From IMG/VR virus record IMGVR_UViG_3300028377_000004, positions 1 through 64,000 of that record: a stretch of 64,000 nt of DNA. One strand, given 5' to 3'. A program made the translations under genes and the position numbers. The stretch comes from a virus. Of the stretch, positions 11,701 through 21,058 are shown piece after piece. Each line of letters opens with the position of its first letter. Within the stretch, counting starts at the first letter, position 1. The notes below the pieces were generated by a model. It was given only the letters and a program-made list of their open reading frames with translations, was not told where the DNA came from and made no database searches.

Positions 11701-12163
11701 AGGGAGCATAACTTCCAATGTCGTAACTGCTTCTAATACCCCCTTGGCCATGGTATCCTTTACCATAGATCTTAGTCTTGGGACTGAGCATGTAACTGAG
11801 GTGCTTAATAATAATGGTTTTGATATTAGCACTACTTCTACTGCAACCCAATTCGGAGATAACACCTGGGCTTTGGACATTCCTTTGAATACTAATCTAA
11901 TACCTCAGGGAATTCAAGATGAATTAAATAATAATACCGGTGCTGTTGATAATATTCATCTCCAACTTAATAAAAGGCAGGTAAGTGCTGACCTGGTGAG
12001 TTGTCAAGTTTTCACAAATCTAGGTAATAGTTTATTTGAAAGTATAAGAGTTACCTTTGCGGGTCTAAAAACAGACGGCACTACCGTAACACTTGGAGAA
12101 CCCAATAATTTGGTGCATCAAGTAGACCTCGCCTTTTATTACCAATATATACACGTATTTTGA
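8777..12163 (+). CDS. Tail fibre/receptor-binding protein with two tandem beta-propeller-like domains
   Basis: T/D-rich fibre-like N-terminus followed by an internal ~375-aa duplication (RFRNLTEAF...LKVDP..YYHRLIP versus KFRNLTKAY...MKVDP..FYHHLIP). Confidence 0.6.
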   Translation: MPSKKDPNILASGTGRAGKKSVGADALTFTPESGISPDEFLNSLVVSTIDSDTVNVTTVNADTIDTDHIEAQTGTFTTYVATNVIQPETGTSVSVDGDFSATNISTEGELGVLNIVRADGDSASDITIVANISLEDTQFGIYRDIDAGNITAIDGTISTDTLGATSQTEITLDNDLVGATGSDFEGYSFSKTAQRFRNLTEAFNILSEGEAGIVETYDATKELGDSNFELFETGEDWGQAGYDGHLIYTVNSEGEAQARSREDGTVVQTFTLQNSFVDGASLRASSNGDKVIFAYSHNAASDYGIEVYDIETGNFLFPLTTESEVFDIAMNHEAAFIIKSSGGANRHLVKYSLATGNLDWASDASSSQGFESVAVKSTTVIATSPTEMKIFSYEDGGSFTGTLSREYFLDYEGILDSFFDDSYFYLSLENSENRYETIVYEIPEVEQNTPGIYGDSSLQGMRKLWEKISDVPTQITSDHRNFYILEGVEVTSFNKKSFKKKESFEIDNTANLTINQFQADGQSLIVGGQYTVPSAGSFFLNLYLDLDPSLFLKVDPVSTRERIYYHRLIPFSEEKYREPTVRKFRNLTKAYDDMVIGETGLVETHQNEREFGYLKWRRNAAGSSSNPTNATASDGRYLYILSSAGVAKAIDRETGEDVHTYTFTNTFDDTASFHIATNGKYVAFSFNDIIEIFEVDSPDAPVIDFQDPLGLEMNSLWMNHDAVFRQQDGSVTNGVRKIPLDGSSASAEPAPGSLSVTGYGKYLIESFEDGSELGMRLRDAETLDLIGSEITVTERDSGITDLKTDGSYIYVAQDSSGIGGIAVYPLTRDGLENSFRAWSSITGEDNTRIAVDHRFIYIADDSLTLRVYDKETLELVNTIDISVEQPDATGIVGLIADGDSVFVSVSTAGNSFETTARYHMDQDPTLFMKVDPSHPRGKLFYHHLIPTENKVPTRFLNYEADSFTGTTATLNDLTVGSITSNVVTASNTPLAMVSFTIDLSLGTEHVTEVLNNNGFDISTTSTATQFGDNTWALDIPLNTNLIPQGIQDELNNNTGAVDNIHLQLNKRQVSADLVSCQVFTNLGNSLFESIRVTFAGLKTDGTTVTLGEPNNLVHQVDLAFYYQYIHVF

Positions 12164-12170
12164 GCTAATT

Positions 12171-12842
12171 ATGTATTACTTATCTGAAATGAAATCTCCA
12201 GGCGCAGTCAAAGCCTCTTATAAATCCCTAGAAGGAATTCCTATCAACGGCTTTGTTGTGACCTTCGTCCCTCCCTCTGTTTCTATTGATCCACAGAATT
12301 TCAGAAGATCTGAGGACGATGATCTAAATGATATCAATCATCCTGGTGTTCTAACCAGAGATGCTGTCCTTTATCAAAAATATGAGGGCTTGAAAACACA
12401 GAATCCTTTTTTCGATAATGTATATTATACAAAATTAGAGGATCAGTCTGAATTCATATCTGGAGGAGGCTTTTTAGTTCCGTCAGGATTTGGTTTAGGG
12501 AAATACCAATATTGGATGACGGGTGGAAACTCTCTATATACTGAATCAGTGAGCTTGTTAGAAGGGGATCCCCTAGTTCCCACAGACCATGATACTTTTC
12601 TTTTGCACTGGGATTTATACGCTATAGAAAAAGTAGTGGAAGGAAACACAGTAGAACTTCGTTATTCAGAGGTACTTCCTACTGATATTTCTTTTGGAAT
12701 TTATAATGAAGAAAATACCTTTGAAGAAACCCCTTTTATGAAAGTAAAATCATTAGATACTCCAGATGATAATCTCTCTCTTATTTTTTCTAATGGGACT
12801 TCTAATAAGATTTACCTGGGCGGTTTCGGCATTTTTTACTGA
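12171..12842 (+). CDS. Hypothetical virion protein
   Basis: 223-aa ORF tightly packed in the tail operon. Confidence 0.6.
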   Translation: MYYLSEMKSPGAVKASYKSLEGIPINGFVVTFVPPSVSIDPQNFRRSEDDDLNDINHPGVLTRDAVLYQKYEGLKTQNPFFDNVYYTKLEDQSEFISGGGFLVPSGFGLGKYQYWMTGGNSLYTESVSLLEGDPLVPTDHDTFLLHWDLYAIEKVVEGNTVELRYSEVLPTDISFGIYNEENTFEETPFMKVKSLDTPDDNLSLIFSNGTSNKIYLGGFGIFY

Positions 12843-12891
12843 TCCCTCTAGTTTCTTTCGACTTTGATATAACAACGGGAAACCAACTATT

Positions 12892-15800
12892 ATGAGTAAT
12901 ATTTACGGACCAGGTGTAGGGCGAAACCTCTCATCCAAAGACAAACAGTACAAGAATGTAGTTTTTCAGCCGGGGAAGCCTCCTGTTTCTGAGGAGTTCA
13001 ACCTTCTTACCGAGGCAATGGATGAAGCTCGAAAAGAGATCATTAGGACCAGTACGCCTTCTGGATGGATTTCCAACCTTTTTGATTCCAAAAAAGACTA
13101 TAGCTTAGACCCTCAAGGCTCCAATATGTTTTGGCTTGGAAAAGAAACAGAGGTCTCTTATGCTCTAGTCAATGGATGGGTAGTTCCGGTGGCAGGAACT
13201 CTGTCAAACGATCTTAGAAATGCAATTACGTTACCGCCACCTTCTTCTAACCCACAGACACATTTTGTTTTCCTTGAAGTGTGGAAAGCGCAGCTTAGTC
13301 CTGATGGTACAGTAAATAAACCTGCGGAAGATCAAATCTACAGGTATGGGAACGTCGAATATGGAGGCATGAACCTTACCAATCAAATTCCTGATACTCG
13401 TTATAAAGAAGAGACTTCGGAACGAGTTCAGTTGCAATATCGGATCAGAGTTCAGGAAAGTCCTACGCCGGACACACATCCCTTTGGTTTTGGTCCGGGC
13501 ATAAGATCACAGGGTCCTTTGATTGCTCCCATTTCTACTAGTGATCCCGATTTTCAATACCAGAATATGGGAGATGAATTAGGAGATTCTGGTCTGTGGA
13601 GAGCGGGGGTTCCTAATGAAGTATCTGAAAACGGAATGAGTGTTGATGCTTTCAGTCCTATGAATACTGTAGATGGTTATGTCTATGCCTTGCCTATCTG
13701 CATGGTATTTCAAAGAGGGTCTTCTCTCTGGTCTATTACGAACCAGGGAGGAGCTTTCAACAGAAATCCCGATGCTGTAGATAGAGAGGATGCGCAGGTC
13801 CTACCTACTATCACACTAACAGCCGATATCGAGAAAGATCAAGAAATTTTTGATGTGAATACTTCTCAGGGCGCTACCACATTCCCTGCGGAAGAAGGTC
13901 GTATCAAAATTGGAAATGAGATCATTAAATATCAGAGTTGGATTGGATCAACCCTTGACGCCACAAGTGGACGTGGGTTGGCAGGAACACATGCTACCAA
14001 GCATCTGGCAGGCGCAAAGGTTCATCACGTCTCAGGGAACCCGCTAGGGCTATTCAGTGATGAAATAGTAGAAGATGATGTACATGATCTTAGACATGTA
14101 GTTTCTCCTTCCAGTTTTCCCTATGATGCGATGCTCAAGCATAACTTCATGCGTCTTGCAAAAGGCGAATTGAAAACGCAATGGAAAGCCGGGGAAGGTA
14201 GCACCAAAGGACTTCGACAATTTCAAGTGGATCATTTCTCTGATAGTACGCCGACTCCAACGTCGGCTCTCCAAGGGGATGCTCCAGACGGGTTCAGAAA
14301 AGTATTCTCAGATGCTTCTGTCCTCCAGCCTCAAAACCTGTTGGTTGTAAAGAAGAGGGCAACTACTGTCTCCTCTGCGGATTATACGTTTAATGTATCT
14401 ACTTCGGATGTTTATAGGAATCCAGTAAACCCAAAGAACTGGGAAACTGGGGATAGCATCCGTATCCCTCTTGACTCTCTCCGAAATACTTTCAAGACAG
14501 TAAATAGAGAGAAAGTACGTTTTGTTCATCCTCTGGAGTATAAAGATTCCAGTCACAGTCCTGTTAGAACTTGGTTTGGAGACCAAACTATTTCGGATCT
14601 AGAAGAAGGTCCTGAAGGCGAGATGATTGTCCTAGGTTCGCGACCCGAAGGAATAACATCTGGATTAATTGATGGTACTACTTCTACTATTACTTATGAT
14701 GCCACAAATCCTTATATCACGATCGAAGATGTATCTTCAAATCCAGTAGACTTTAGTTCCGTAGTTGCATCTTTGGTAGAACAAGAAGCCTATATCATTC
14801 TGGAACCTACGGGAACAACCGCATCAGTGCCTCCATATAAAGGAGCTTTCAAGATCGTAGGGGATGATGGAGGTCAAGGACTAGAATTAGAATTACCAAA
14901 TGGAGAAGTTCCTAACTTTGGAGATGACTCCTATACTGGAAACTGGCATATTCGTTTGAGAAAATGTACAGAGGAAGACGAAGAACTTTATATGGTTCTT
15001 GCGATGCCTTCTGGAGAACTTGCACCTGCTGAATTTGTAGAGGAAAAGAACCTATTTATGGCATTTGATGTATTATATCATCCTAATCAGGGAATGGGTC
15101 GGGTCCCCGAAATTCCTCTTTTTGCGAGACTGGAAAGAGATTCGGGAGAGCCTTATGTCAGACCTTCTGGTTTTGAAAACAGGGCAGCATCTTCACTGGA
15201 TAGGGGTGGAGGTCCACGAGACTATCCTGTAGTACCAATGGAGTCTTATCCATCTGCTAGGTCTGAAACAAGGATCCGAAATAATCAGGATGTTCAGACA
15301 TCAGCGGAAGACACATGGTCCGAAGCCTATATAGATAGGGGATCAAAAACTGTTATCTTTCAACCAATGCAAAGGGCCGATATTGAAATTAACATAGGAT
15401 TTAACCCTTCTGAACCCGACTACTCCGGAGGACCGGGATCCGACCTTGACCTTGATTTCATATTAGGAAATGATAACCCTTGTTATTTCCTCCCCAAAGA
15501 GGTGCTACCTCCTGCGGGAAGAATAGATATCCCTTTCCAGCCTTATACGTTAACTTCTGAGGATGTTCCTTTTGGATTAAATGCTATTCTGACTGCGGTG
15601 GATGCAGAAGGTACTCTTTACAATGAGAACATCATCCATAACCGAGTGCTAGGGATCTATGACTCGCAAGAGTTGGGCGCTGCGGACTATGATACCTATA
15701 TCGACGCAGTTGATTTAGATATCGGGGAAAGTGCCCTAGGATGTAGGCTTTATGATGAAGGCGGTGTCAGAGGGATTGAATTGCCTCCTCATTTTGGAAT

Positions 15801-17346
15801 CGCACGTTTGATGGGAGCCTACTTGGTAAACGACTATGACGGATCCCAATTTACTGCCGCATCTAATTACACACAACTAAGAGGCGCTTTCACAGGAACT
15901 AATGTTCTGCGAAAAGACCATGTAGGAAGGTCCCTGATCATAACAGAGGATAACACTTTTGTAGTTCCCGAGCAAGTTCTAGACACAGAATTAATTGGAA
16001 CTGATTTAGCCTCTGCGAGAATTGTATTGGAATTTGCAACCTTCATGTTTAATGACTGGAAAGCAGATCGGGTTCAGGTTCATGTCCATAATATAGGAGC
16101 TAGTGATACCAATATCAGCTTGCTTATGAATGGTCCTTGCAACGCCAACGATACTTTCATGGCGGTATCTAGTAGAGTCCCTTATCAGGGTAATATGTCT
16201 GGTACTATGGGACCCGGTTTCATGGACTACCGACCAAAAAGACAGGTAGACCAAGTTCTGGATATTACCAATGCTCGTGAACCACTAGACCAAAGAGACG
16301 CTGAGATGCGAAATCCAGTGGCTGTAGAGATCTTAGCTACTATGCCTTTTGTTACTACCTTAGGAACAGGAAGAATTTCTGGATCTTTTAAAGATGGATC
16401 TTATACCGATGTCGGCTATCTCTCTCAGAAAGGATTTCCTGATAATGTAGTAGGTCCAAGGGTCGCTGAGACAAGAACGTTGGTAGGAGAGAGTGACCCC
16501 CGACAAAGACCAGATGTACTTACCGGCCTTACGGAACGACTTCCTACAGGTCTTTTAGCAAGTGACCACCTATTTGCTGGAGAACCTTTCTTTGGAGACC
16601 AGAGGTCTTTTTGGGTAGAAGGTGGAACTGACTTAGAAGGATTTCATAACGAAAACAAAGGAGGACAGCTTCTCAATAAAAATTTTGGGGAAGGAAGCGT
16701 TATTCTTAGTGATGGTACAAATGGAGGAAGCGCTACCAGTATGGATTATCAAGCTGATGGAGATCTCTACCGTACTTATCGTGGAGGTGTCTTGACTGTA
16801 GCTTCTGGAAAACAGAAAGGTGGACCTTTTGTCACAAGTGGTCCTAGACTCTATAAAGAGTTTCCTCAACTAAGAAGCTTTGAGGCTGAATACAGCAGTC
16901 AAGTAGCCCAGTTGACTCAGGGCGATATTACCAGTCAAGAATTTACGGATAATGTTCAAGAGTTGCAAGCTAAATACCAGAAAAGACTTCAGGTTCACGG
17001 TGCAGCTCTCTTTGGAATTGCAATGTTGGTTAGAACTCGTAAAGAGGAAACTGACACTACCGTATTCAGTTATGGAGATGAGCTTCAAATGCTGGTGGCC
17101 ACCGGAGCTTCTTTCGGAGTTGATGCTACCCTTAACCAACTGGAAGGTGAAGACCCTTCTCGCGAAGTTCTGGACTTGCTTATTCAAATGCATCCCACTG
17201 GATTTGGAGAAGGATATTGTGCTGCGGATAAATTTCGACTGGAAGGTAGACCCCTCCAGAAAGAGAGTAAAGCAGATAATACCGTTGGTATGGATCATCT
17301 GTATCGAGGGGCTGACCCCGCAGAAGATCCGGATCATAACTGTTAA
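12892..17346 (+). CDS. Large baseplate/tail virion protein (DUF4815-like N-terminus)
   Basis: 1484 aa; VVFQPGKPPVSEEFNLL and a colinear series of motifs shared with 6247..8763. Confidence 0.6.
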   Translation: MSNIYGPGVGRNLSSKDKQYKNVVFQPGKPPVSEEFNLLTEAMDEARKEIIRTSTPSGWISNLFDSKKDYSLDPQGSNMFWLGKETEVSYALVNGWVVPVAGTLSNDLRNAITLPPPSSNPQTHFVFLEVWKAQLSPDGTVNKPAEDQIYRYGNVEYGGMNLTNQIPDTRYKEETSERVQLQYRIRVQESPTPDTHPFGFGPGIRSQGPLIAPISTSDPDFQYQNMGDELGDSGLWRAGVPNEVSENGMSVDAFSPMNTVDGYVYALPICMVFQRGSSLWSITNQGGAFNRNPDAVDREDAQVLPTITLTADIEKDQEIFDVNTSQGATTFPAEEGRIKIGNEIIKYQSWIGSTLDATSGRGLAGTHATKHLAGAKVHHVSGNPLGLFSDEIVEDDVHDLRHVVSPSSFPYDAMLKHNFMRLAKGELKTQWKAGEGSTKGLRQFQVDHFSDSTPTPTSALQGDAPDGFRKVFSDASVLQPQNLLVVKKRATTVSSADYTFNVSTSDVYRNPVNPKNWETGDSIRIPLDSLRNTFKTVNREKVRFVHPLEYKDSSHSPVRTWFGDQTISDLEEGPEGEMIVLGSRPEGITSGLIDGTTSTITYDATNPYITIEDVSSNPVDFSSVVASLVEQEAYIILEPTGTTASVPPYKGAFKIVGDDGGQGLELELPNGEVPNFGDDSYTGNWHIRLRKCTEEDEELYMVLAMPSGELAPAEFVEEKNLFMAFDVLYHPNQGMGRVPEIPLFARLERDSGEPYVRPSGFENRAASSLDRGGGPRDYPVVPMESYPSARSETRIRNNQDVQTSAEDTWSEAYIDRGSKTVIFQPMQRADIEINIGFNPSEPDYSGGPGSDLDLDFILGNDNPCYFLPKEVLPPAGRIDIPFQPYTLTSEDVPFGLNAILTAVDAEGTLYNENIIHNRVLGIYDSQELGAADYDTYIDAVDLDIGESALGCRLYDEGGVRGIELPPHFGIARLMGAYLVNDYDGSQFTAASNYTQLRGAFTGTNVLRKDHVGRSLIITEDNTFVVPEQVLDTELIGTDLASARIVLEFATFMFNDWKADRVQVHVHNIGASDTNISLLMNGPCNANDTFMAVSSRVPYQGNMSGTMGPGFMDYRPKRQVDQVLDITNAREPLDQRDAEMRNPVAVEILATMPFVTTLGTGRISGSFKDGSYTDVGYLSQKGFPDNVVGPRVAETRTLVGESDPRQRPDVLTGLTERLPTGLLASDHLFAGEPFFGDQRSFWVEGGTDLEGFHNENKGGQLLNKNFGEGSVILSDGTNGGSATSMDYQADGDLYRTYRGGVLTVASGKQKGGPFVTSGPRLYKEFPQLRSFEAEYSSQVAQLTQGDITSQEFTDNVQELQAKYQKRLQVHGAALFGIAMLVRTRKEETDTTVFSYGDELQMLVATGASFGVDATLNQLEGEDPSREVLDLLIQMHPTGFGEGYCAADKFRLEGRPLQKESKADNTVGMDHLYRGADPAEDPDHNC

Positions 17347-17382
17347 TTAAGAATACCATTACATTGCTGGAGATAAATCACT

Positions 17383-18105
17383 ATGGCACACAATAAAGCC
17401 CTGTCTCTTTTTTCAGAAGACAGTGTACTACAGACTCTTCTAAGAGGGGGATCGACCTATACTACTCCATACGTTTTGGACGTTTCCGATGTTCAGGATG
17501 AGACTTCCTATTCGTTTTGGGTCAACTCCACTGAGATCGAATTTACCTCATTAGTAGGAGCTACCAAAGAAAGTATTCTCCTAGGACTAAAAGCTGTAGT
17601 GGACGGAACCGCATTGGATGTAACAGCCACCCTCTTTGAAGACGAGGAAGAGATTGCTGCCAGTGATGCCTCCAAACGTCTCAAAATCGTTCAGGATAGT
17701 CTGGTAGCACCCTTTGTCCTGTCTTCTGTCTCGGCTAATCTGGGGGCTACTCAGCCCGTGTACATAGCTCTTTATAACCAAGAACCCGATGAGTCTCTAC
17801 TGGAACTCACGGCCAAAGATGGATATCACAGAGTCAAAGGAACCTGGGATGCTCCAACCGATGTTACTGCCTTAGACGATGATGGCGTTACCACCATCGT
17901 AGTTGGTACTGAAATCAAGCTCGCAGCCGATGTTCAATTTGGTCCGGCGGGAGAAGAGTGGGGGTCAATAACCCACTACGGAGTCTATGATCAATTGGAA
18001 GGTGGAAACTTATTAGCAGAAGGCCCAATAAGTGTTCCTAAAAACGTACTGGAAAACGACTATTATCTTTTCAGGGATGGCGATTTGATCATCAGGCTAA
18101 AATAA
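17383..18105 (+). CDS. Minor tail protein of the widespread 'WGTITH.G..D...GGNLL' family, with a ~95-aa insertion
   Basis: VYIALYNQEP...WGSITHYGVYDQLEGGNLLAEGPI..PKNV..ND...F..GDLIIRL matches the common phage tail protein family. Confidence 0.65.
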   Translation: MAHNKALSLFSEDSVLQTLLRGGSTYTTPYVLDVSDVQDETSYSFWVNSTEIEFTSLVGATKESILLGLKAVVDGTALDVTATLFEDEEEIAASDASKRLKIVQDSLVAPFVLSSVSANLGATQPVYIALYNQEPDESLLELTAKDGYHRVKGTWDAPTDVTALDDDGVTTIVVGTEIKLAADVQFGPAGEEWGSITHYGVYDQLEGGNLLAEGPISVPKNVLENDYYLFRDGDLIIRLK

Positions 18106-18128
18106 AAAAAGAACATAGTTGACTGAAC

Positions 18129-18170
18129 AAAAAAGAGAGATGCCTAGTAATAAGGACATCTCTCTTTTTT
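18129..18170. terminator. Bidirectional intrinsic terminator
   Basis: 14-bp inverted repeat AAAAAAGAGAGATG...CATCTCTCTTTTTT between convergent genes. Confidence 0.85.
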
Positions 18171-18183
18171 GCTTAATTGGAAG

Positions 18184-20040
18184 TTACTGACATTGAGGAT
18201 TCGGAGCCCCCAGGGGGTCAGAATAATCTACTCCCCAAGTAAGGCAATATCCTTCTGCTATAGCACAGATTTCTTGTACATGAATCTCACAGATAGAAGG
18301 GCTATCCTCTACTTCTATATTCCCACCCACATAATTAAGAGTAGGGAATAAATGAAAGGGCATGTAGTCGTTATTGATATCAATTTCACTAATGATTAGG
18401 TGGCCCCCAATCGATTCAAGAGACTCCATTCCTAAAGCACTATCGGTTGTGGTATCTCCCCCACCATAAATCCAGAAGGTTCCTCCAATTTCTCTAAGGT
18501 TAGAGAAAGAGCCTAAGTCACCTTCATCTGTATAGTCTCCAGTAATATCCAAGTCGAAGTTGTCGCTAATAATTTCAATAGTAGATACAATTCCAGTCAG
18601 GTCGGGACCAGATGTAATATGTAGTCCGTCCACTTTGCAATAGTATTCCAGAGTTTCAGGACTGTCTGCCCATATCGGATCTCCAACCTCCAAAATGCCC
18701 GTCCGATAAGGACAACATTCGGTTCCTTCACAATGCCAGGTTTCGTCCTCATCTTCCGCATCCACTTCGATAGCGCAGGTGGTATCATCTACGCAGGTAG
18801 TACCTTCGCTACAGTTGATATCTTCTGGGTAAACCGGGGCTAACATTTCTACCCATTCTCCGTTTTCACATACCCTGTCTCCAGAGAGACAGGCGAAACC
18901 CTCTTCATCGTGAGTTCCTGGACCATCGTAAAAGGACTCATTGGTTCCGCTAATACATTCCACACAGCTTTCATTATGGCAGGTATTTCCATTTCCACAG
19001 CTAAGACCCTCAGTAGAAGGCAGCGTACAGTTTCTTGGATCTAATACCGTATTACTTTCGCACTCACCGGAAGCTCCGCAAGTATAGGAAGTAATAGTTC
19101 TGCTTTGTGTTCCTTCTCTGGAGCATACATTACCTGCATCCACCGGCTCACATGAACTCCATCCTGAAAATTCGGTTTCAGGACATCCCGTATCTTCACA
19201 GGTGAGTTCAATTTCCTCACAGAATTCACCGTCACCTTCATATCCGGGACTACAGGCACAAGTATAGCTTCCGGGGGTATTTGTACAGGTTGCATTTTCA
19301 TCACAACTATTAAGGGTGGAGTTCAAACATTCGTCAATATCCTCACAAGTGGTGCCGTCGAATTCGTATCCCTCGTCGCAGTCACACTCGTAGCTTCCTT
19401 CAGTATTGACACAGACACCCTCTCCACAAATCGATGTGTCGTTTGCGCATTCGTTAATATCCACACACTCATGGTCAACTGGTTCTGTTCCAGTGCCGCA
19501 ACTGAGAGCGACACAGGAAGATTCATTACAGGTTTCGTTATTTCCACAATGGTTGGCGTCAGAACATTCTACGCACTGTTCATTAACACAAACTTCGGAG
19601 CAAGTGTTTTCACAGGTGGGAACGGGTTCTTCGCATAGAGAGTGATCGCTACAGTCGACAACTTCGTTGCAGATATCTACTACTGCCCCGCACACTGAAT
19701 TTTCATCTCCACAAATTTCATCTGTGGTACGATCTTCTTCACAGGGAATTTCAACGTCTTCCTCTACATCAGTATCTTCTACAACGTCTTCCTCTACGGG
19801 GTCGGTATCTTCCTCCACATCTTCTTCAACATCATTCTCGGGTTCTTCTACGTCTTCCTCAACGTCAGTATCAGATTCTTCTTCAACATCATGCCCCGCA
19901 TCAGCTTTTTCGTCAATGTTGAAAGTATCTTCTTCGCTGGGACCAGTGATTGTAGAAGGGTCAGGGACACAAGCTACCGTGAAAAGCACCGTTACAAAGG
20001 TAACAATGGTGATTAGAATGTTTCTGGTGATATTTCTCAT
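18184..20040 (-). CDS. Cys-rich surface lipoprotein: acidic linker, two Ca-binding EGF domains, TSP1-like repeat, receptor-L-like C-terminal domain
   Basis: Signal peptide ending TVAC (Cys24); DVEED repeats; DINEC...C.NTEGSYEC.CDEGY and DIDEC...CTNTPGSYTCACSPGY; WSSC...GTQSRTIT; L(R/E)(E/S)IGG repeats and LNYVGGNIEV. Confidence 0.8.
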   Translation of the reverse strand: MRNITRNILITIVTFVTVLFTVACVPDPSTITGPSEEDTFNIDEKADAGHDVEEESDTDVEEDVEEPENDVEEDVEEDTDPVEEDVVEDTDVEEDVEIPCEEDRTTDEICGDENSVCGAVVDICNEVVDCSDHSLCEEPVPTCENTCSEVCVNEQCVECSDANHCGNNETCNESSCVALSCGTGTEPVDHECVDINECANDTSICGEGVCVNTEGSYECDCDEGYEFDGTTCEDIDECLNSTLNSCDENATCTNTPGSYTCACSPGYEGDGEFCEEIELTCEDTGCPETEFSGWSSCEPVDAGNVCSREGTQSRTITSYTCGASGECESNTVLDPRNCTLPSTEGLSCGNGNTCHNESCVECISGTNESFYDGPGTHDEEGFACLSGDRVCENGEWVEMLAPVYPEDINCSEGTTCVDDTTCAIEVDAEDEDETWHCEGTECCPYRTGILEVGDPIWADSPETLEYYCKVDGLHITSGPDLTGIVSTIEIISDNFDLDITGDYTDEGDLGSFSNLREIGGTFWIYGGGDTTTDSALGMESLESIGGHLIISEIDINNDYMPFHLFPTLNYVGGNIEVEDSPSICEIHVQEICAIAEGYCLTWGVDYSDPLGAPNPQCQ

Positions 20041-20081
20041 TTCGTTCTCCTTTTATCTTCGTTAAACTCTTTGATTATTTC

Positions 20082-20122
20082 CTCTTACACCCTATATACC
20101 CTGGAGTTTGTGGAATTACAAA
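20082..20122 (-). promoter_or_regulatory. Putative early promoter, copy 1 (drives lipoprotein)
   Basis: Reverse strand reads TTTGTAA-TTCCACAAACT-CCAGGGTATATAGGGTGTAAGAG. Confidence 0.8.
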
Positions 20123-20161
20123 ATTTTCTCAGGAAAAAGGCATTTATTTCTGGAAATTAAA

Positions 20162-20202
20162 TTTGTAAAAAGGATCTAACCAGGGTATATAGGGTGTAAG
20201 AG
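20162..20202 (+). promoter_or_regulatory. Putative early promoter, copy 2 (divergent from copy 1)
   Basis: TTTGTAA-AAAGGATCTAA-CCAGGGTATATAGGGTGTAAGAG; 23 bp identical to copy 1 in inverted orientation. Confidence 0.8.
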
Positions 20203-20240
20203 AGCGCAAACACCCAGAACCTTAGAGAAAAGGAAATGAC

Positions 20241-20702
20241 ATGAGCTTTCAACACGCATACGATACTTTCCGAAACAACCTTCACCTAGTTGCCAAAGAA
20301 GATGCTAATGAGTGTCCCTGTGGAGGATATGGTTGGATTACCAGCCCCTTCGATACTCACCATAAATGTCCCCGTCATTTTGAAGGACAGCGACACCCTG
20401 AGAGCGATGAGTACGCTACCGCCCGGGCAGTAGAAGTTAAAGTGGTAGAGTCTGGAGAGTTGGTCAATCGCTATCAAGTGGAGATTACTCTTCACCACCA
20501 CTGCGCCCATGAAGATGAAGAACCCGTTTTCCTTCACGACCACGAATTCGATACTGAGGAAGAAGCACAAGAGTTTGGTAATTGGATGGCACTTCGCGCT
20601 GATATTAGCTCCCGAGTTCAAAATCAAGATCACTGGATTCACCTGAACCGCGCTCCATCCTCAGAAGATATTTCCGACCAAGAACTGAGAGGTGAACTTT
20701 GA
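20241..20702 (+). CDS. Hypothetical early protein with a putative Zn-binding motif
   Basis: CPCGGYGW....D.HHKCP.H motif; SD-like AAGGA upstream; directly after the promoter motif. Confidence 0.65.
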   Translation: MSFQHAYDTFRNNLHLVAKEDANECPCGGYGWITSPFDTHHKCPRHFEGQRHPESDEYATARAVEVKVVESGELVNRYQVEITLHHHCAHEDEEPVFLHDHEFDTEEEAQEFGNWMALRADISSRVQNQDHWIHLNRAPSSEDISDQELRGEL

Positions 20703-20932
20703 AAGAAGCATTACTTAAAGGCGTCAGTTATCTGGCGCTCTTTTTCTTACTCCCTGCCTTACTCGTTATGCTCCTTTTTATTCAGATGGTTCGCAAAAAG
20801 AATCCGGTCAAGGCAGATAATCTCAAAGACTGGTTTATGAAACCTTCGGTAATGATCCTGGTCAACGGAAGTATCAGTCTCCTTATCTGGGCAGGTCTGG
20901 TATCTCTCTTTTATTTCGGATACTTGTTCTAG
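20699..20932 (+). CDS. Small membrane protein with two TM helices
   Basis: Two hydrophobic stretches; TTG start overlapping the previous stop codon. Confidence 0.55.
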   Translation: MKEALLKGVSYLALFFLLPALLVMLLFIQMVRKKNPVKADNLKDWFMKPSVMILVNGSISLLIWAGLVSLFYFGYLF

Positions 20933-20967
20933 CCTCTCTTTTCTCTTATAAAAACCTATCGCTTATT

Positions 20968-21010
20968 AAAGCCCTCGGTATCCCTTATTGGATATCGGGG
21001 GTTTTCTTTT
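20968..21010 (+). terminator. Intrinsic terminator
   Basis: AAAGCCCTCGGTATCC-CTTATT-GGATATCGGGGGTTTT stem (with G-U pairs) followed by TTTTCTTTT. Confidence 0.7.
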
Positions 21011-21058
21011 TATTCCCTCTGTAGATAGTAAATATTCCTTGAGCGAGAGAGATCTAAA

